Positions 59,191-64,000 of a stretch of DNA of 64,000 nucleotides are shown piece by piece; the first letter of the stretch is position 1, and each line of letters begins with the position of its first letter. The position numbers and the translations under genes were made by a program. The notes beneath the pieces are model-generated. The model was given only the letters and a program-made list of their open reading frames with translations, searched no databases and was not told the origin of the DNA. Origin of the DNA: an uncultured cyanobacterium (lineage in GTDB: Bacteria; Cyanobacteriota; Cyanobacteriia; Cyanobacteriales; CAWCAG01); contig CAWCAG010000005.1 in assembly GCA_963793425.1 (NCBI GenBank), positions 1,088,001 to 1,152,000 of the forward strand, given 5' to 3'.

Positions 59191-59266
59191 GGTGATGGGG
59201 AGCTAGGGAGCTTGGGAGATGAGGAGATAAAACTATTAGCCATTAGCCATTAACCATTAACCAAAA

Positions 59267-59629
59267 CTAGTCTTGCTTAATCTTGAAAGAAATAGGCTTA
59301 GGAGATTGAGAAATAGCTTGAGAAGGGGAAGGGGGGAGAGGCTGAACTTCTTGAGAACCTAATTGAGGATCAACAGACATAGATTGGGGTGGATTTAAAA
59401 AAGCAATACCTTTTTCGTAATTAGAAGCCAGAGCTAGAAATGCTCCTCCAAAAACATAAATAGGTAAAGGTAAAGTAAAATCTTTCACCCATTGATAAAA
59501 TTCAGCAACTCCTAATAATACTAAAAAGCTAGCAGCCCAAAATCTCACGTTCAAAAACCTCATATCAAGTAGATTATTCAAAAAAGGCGATCGCGAGATT
59601 CCCCTTTGAAAGTATCTCGCGACTAGCAC
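59267..59629 (-). CDS. small membrane protein downstream of prk
   Basis: FWAASFLVLLGVAEFYQW...PLPIYVFGGAFLALASNY...ISFKI; start uncertain. Confidence 0.7.
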   Translation of the reverse strand: MLVARYFQRGISRSPFLNNLLDMRFLNVRFWAASFLVLLGVAEFYQWVKDFTLPLPIYVFGGAFLALASNYEKGIAFLNPPQSMSVDPQLGSQEVQPLPPSPSQAISQSPKPISFKIKQD

Positions 59630-59662
59630 AATTAATAGTTGATTTTAACCATAACCAGCCAA

Positions 59663-60664
59663 CTAAACCTTAGCTGCCACTTTACTCTCAGCAGAAGTTA
59701 AACGCTCGTAAACCTCACGTATCTTCAAGCCAACCAGAATTTGGAATAGTCCCGAACCATTTTTAGAGCCTGGATAATCCCGACGCTTAAGTAATAGTTC
59801 AGTCATTTCACCATAGTAGCGAGTTGCTGTATTACTCAAATGGCTTTCGATGTAGATCATTTCTTCGAGGTTATCGAATTGACCATCAACTTCTAAAATA
59901 GAAACTTCGTTGCCTTCAAAATTATCAGGGCCATAGTACATCTTAATACCAGGATAAGCACAAGTTAGCTTCCGCCCACAAGGTCGCCAGTCAATAGTAG
60001 AACCTTCGTCGAATAAGTATACTGTATCAAAATCTGGTATTTCTTCTTTTTGAACTAGACGTACCCGTAAAAGCTTACTTTCCTTATCATCAGTTAACTT
60101 GGTTGGTAACACTTGAATAACCACATCAGCGTGTTGCTTTTGTGGTTCAATATAAGCCGTGAAATCGGGTCTTCTCGCATTAATCGAAGCTAAGATATCC
60201 TCATAAGTATGTCCTCGCTCGGCCATATCTCGCTGAATTTTCCAGTTAATCTTGACCTCATCGCTGATATCTAGATAAACACCAAAATCAACTAATTCTC
60301 TAACTCTTTCGTCATATAAAGGGTGCAAACCCTCAATAACAACAACTTTATTCGGTTCAACTCTTTCGGGAGGATCGAGTTCCCCTGTTTCGTGGTTATA
60401 AATAGGTTTGTCTATTGCCTGACCATTTTTGAGAGCTTTAATTTGCTCATACATCAGGTCAAAATTATTGGCTTTCGGATTGAGTGCAGTGACTCCGGCT
60501 TTTTTCCTGCCTTTGCGATCAAGACTATGATAATCATCCAAACAGATAACCGTCATAAACTCTTCACCAAACAAATCGTTGAGGCGGCGTAAAAATGTCG
60601 ATTTACCGCATCCAGAGTCCCCCGCAACACCAATCAAAACCACACGATCAAACTTAGTGGTCAT
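59663..60664 (-). CDS. prk: phosphoribulokinase
   Basis: GVAGDSGCGKSTF, CLDDYHSLDR, KIQRDMAERGH. Confidence 0.98.
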   Translation of the reverse strand: MTTKFDRVVLIGVAGDSGCGKSTFLRRLNDLFGEEFMTVICLDDYHSLDRKGRKKAGVTALNPKANNFDLMYEQIKALKNGQAIDKPIYNHETGELDPPERVEPNKVVVIEGLHPLYDERVRELVDFGVYLDISDEVKINWKIQRDMAERGHTYEDILASINARRPDFTAYIEPQKQHADVVIQVLPTKLTDDKESKLLRVRLVQKEEIPDFDTVYLFDEGSTIDWRPCGRKLTCAYPGIKMYYGPDNFEGNEVSILEVDGQFDNLEEMIYIESHLSNTATRYYGEMTELLLKRRDYPGSKNGSGLFQILVGLKIREVYERLTSAESKVAAKV

Positions 60665-61059
60665 AGCTTCCCTCTATACAAAACTGAATATACTAAAAAG
60701 TATTAAGCAAGTTAAAATCCTGCCCCTGGAAGTCACTTCCTCTAGGGAATTTTCCTTACAAGGCTGAGTGGGATTGGAATATCTCGCCCAGTACTTATGC
60801 TAAAGTAGCCAGTGCATTTTGGCTAAAGAAAACATTAAATTGACTCAATATTGACAGTTTATGGGTTGCAAAACAAGTATCTTCTGTAAAAGAAGTTCTG
60901 AAAAGGGCTATTTAATATAACCCCAACTCTACGGCTAGCTACGCTAGCAATGATACGCTTTATAAAGCGTAACTTCTTCTTAAGCCTCAGCTAATCATCA
61001 ATGAAATATTGATGATTTGAGCAGAAGAAGTAGGCTGTGAGATGCAGCACATTTAATAA

Positions 61060-62274
<1,215 letters not shown>

Positions 62275-62318
62275 TTTTCCCTAACTGGATTTGTAGCAAC
62301 TAATATTTCCGATGAACA

Positions 62319-62363
62319 AGCGCGTTAGTATTTTCGGTGAAGGCTGAAAGGTACTAACGCGCT
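62319..62363 (+). terminator. long hairpin downstream of petH
   Basis: AGCGCGTTAGTA / TACTAACGCGCT 12-bp perfect arms. Confidence 0.65.
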
Positions 62364-62583
62364 AAGTTCGTTTTTGGTTGTACAAAAAATAAGAATTAAG
62401 TTAAATTTAATTAAGATAGATGTGCTTTTAGGAGGCATTTATTCTCAAACAACCTTAAGTGTTTTTGACAAAAAAGCAATTTTATACTAAAGAGGTTTAA
62501 TTATTCAATCTTAAAAACCAACTTTTTAGCTTTCAATATCCAATAATTGTCAAACTAAGTATCTTAGAAACTAAATAAAAAAT

Positions 62584-64000
62584 ATGAAATTTTCCTGGAG
62601 AATCGTACTGCTTTGGACGTTACCAGCTTTAGTCATCGGCTTTTTCTTTTGGCAAGGAACCTTTGCTTCAGCTACAACCAACATGACTAACAACACAGCC
62701 AGTACTCGCATGACCTATAGTCGGTTTTTAGAGTATTTAGATGCAGGCAGAGTTAGTCGTGTTGACTTATTTGAAGGAGGCCGCACAGCCATTGTGCAAG
62801 CGGCAGACCCAGAATTAGATGATCGAGTCCAAAGATTACGAGTAGATTTACCCGCCACTGCTCCAGAATTAATTACTAAACTTAGGGATGCTAATGTGGC
62901 TTTAGATGCCCATCCTGCGGGTAACGAAGGAGCTTTGTGGGGCTTTTTGGGTAATTTAATCTTCCCCATCTTATTAATTGTGGCTCTATTTTTCCTCTTC
63001 CGCCGCTCCAGCAATATACCAGGAGGCCCTGGACAAGCCATGAATTTTGGTAAATCCCGCGCTCGTTTCCAAATGGAAGCTAAAACTGGGGTTTTGTTTG
63101 ATGATGTAGCTGGTATTGATGAAGCCAAAGAAGAATTACAGGAAGTAGTTACCTTCCTTAAACAGCCGGAACGTTTCACAGCAGTAGGCGCTCGCATCCC
63201 CAAAGGTGTATTATTAGTGGGGCCTCCAGGAACAGGTAAAACTCTACTCGCCAAAGCGATCGCCGGAGAAGCAGGAGTACCTTTCTTTAGTATTTCTGGT
63301 TCAGAATTTGTGGAGATGTTTGTTGGGGTTGGGGCCTCTCGCGTTCGAGATTTATTTAAGAAAGCCAAGGAAAATGCCCCTTGTCTCATTTTCATTGATG
63401 AAATTGATGCTGTGGGTCGCCAAAGGGGTGCAGGTATTGGTGGAGGAAATGATGAACGGGAACAGACCCTCAACCAGTTATTGACAGAAATGGATGGTTT
63501 TGAAGGCAACACCGGAATCATCATCATCGCCGCCACCAACCGTCCCGATGTCTTAGATTCTGCATTATTACGTCCAGGACGTTTTGACCGCCAGGTAATT
63601 GTTGATGCCCCTGACTTAAAAGGACGTATAGGAGTCCTAGACGTTCACGCACGCAACAAGAAGCTTGCAGAGGAGATTTCCTTAGAAACCGTTGCCAGGC
63701 GCACTCCTGGCTTCACAGGGGCTGATTTAGCCAACTTACTTAACGAGGCTGCTATTTTAACCGCCCGTCGTCGCAAAGAAGCCATCACCATGCAAGAAAT
63801 TGATGATGCGGTAGATCGGGTAGTTGCGGGGATGGAAGGCACTCCTTTAGTAGATAGTAAGAGCAAGCGTTTAATTGCTTACCACGAAGTTGGTCACGCT
63901 GTGGTAGGAACTTTACTTAAAGACCATGACCCTGTACAAAAAGTCACCCTGATTCCTAGGGGGCAGGCACAGGGTTTAACTTGGTTTACCCCTAATGAAG
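62584..64000 (+). CDS. ftsH2: ATP-dependent zinc metalloprotease FtsH2, partial (runs off right edge)
   Basis: Manual translation [25 protein letters not shown]...GPPGTGKT...FIDEID...HEVGH; missing from the track because no stop codon lies in the window. Confidence 0.95.
   Translation, partial: MKFSWRIVLLWTLPALVIGFFFWQGTFASATTNMTNNTASTRMTYSRFLEYLDAGRVSRVDLFEGGRTAIVQAADPELDDRVQRLRVDLPATAPELITKLRDANVALDAHPAGNEGALWGFLGNLIFPILLIVALFFLFRRSSNIPGGPGQAMNFGKSRARFQMEAKTGVLFDDVAGIDEAKEELQEVVTFLKQPERFTAVGARIPKGVLLVGPPGTGKTLLAKAIAGEAGVPFFSISGSEFVEMFVGVGASRVRDLFKKAKENAPCLIFIDEIDAVGRQRGAGIGGGNDEREQTLNQLLTEMDGFEGNTGIIIIAATNRPDVLDSALLRPGRFDRQVIVDAPDLKGRIGVLDVHARNKKLAEEISLETVARRTPGFTGADLANLLNEAAILTARRRKEAITMQEIDDAVDRVVAGMEGTPLVDSKSKRLIAYHEVGHAVVGTLLKDHDPVQKVTLIPRGQAQGLTWFTPNE

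Noticed and set aside
62715..63866. Minus-strand ORFs of 274 and 73 aa
   Set aside because: Antisense shadows of ftsH2

Overview
AT-rich cyanobacterial chromosomal window: many HIP1 GCGATCGC octamers, heptamer STRR arrays, and the genes psb28, chlP, prk, petH and ftsH2. Housekeeping genes (glnN, ileS, ppx, plqA/ubiA, lysC, ylqF, chlP, ddl, modA, minCDE, malQ, prk, petH, ftsH) alternate with accessory blocks. (1) A six-gene signalling operon (2857-11031) is led by a histidine kinase whose N-terminus aligns without gaps to the plant ETR1 ethylene-binding domain, and it includes a receiver-adenylate cyclase. (2) A RiPP-like modification cluster (11919-17618) encodes two nucleotidyltransferases, a PqqD/RRE protein, an HPr-kinase-like P-loop kinase and two GT2 glycosyltransferases, with no lasso cyclase, peptidase or free precursor in view. 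The PqqD/RRE protein carries its own lasso-leader-like peptide fused at the C-terminus; this cluster is my best candidate for an undescribed system. (3) A type IIG/ISP-like R-M gene is split into two ORFs by a toxin-antitoxin cassette. (4) A decayed PARIS-like (ABC ATPase + DUF4435) locus. About ten accessory genes are eroded, often by internal deletions, while core genes look intact. A 21-nt SDR5-like element sits in-frame inside a HIP1 site of the kinase gene, and minC appears to take its start codon from a tandem repeat. I found no rRNA, tRNA or CRISPR array. All family assignments are by eye from motifs, not from database searches.
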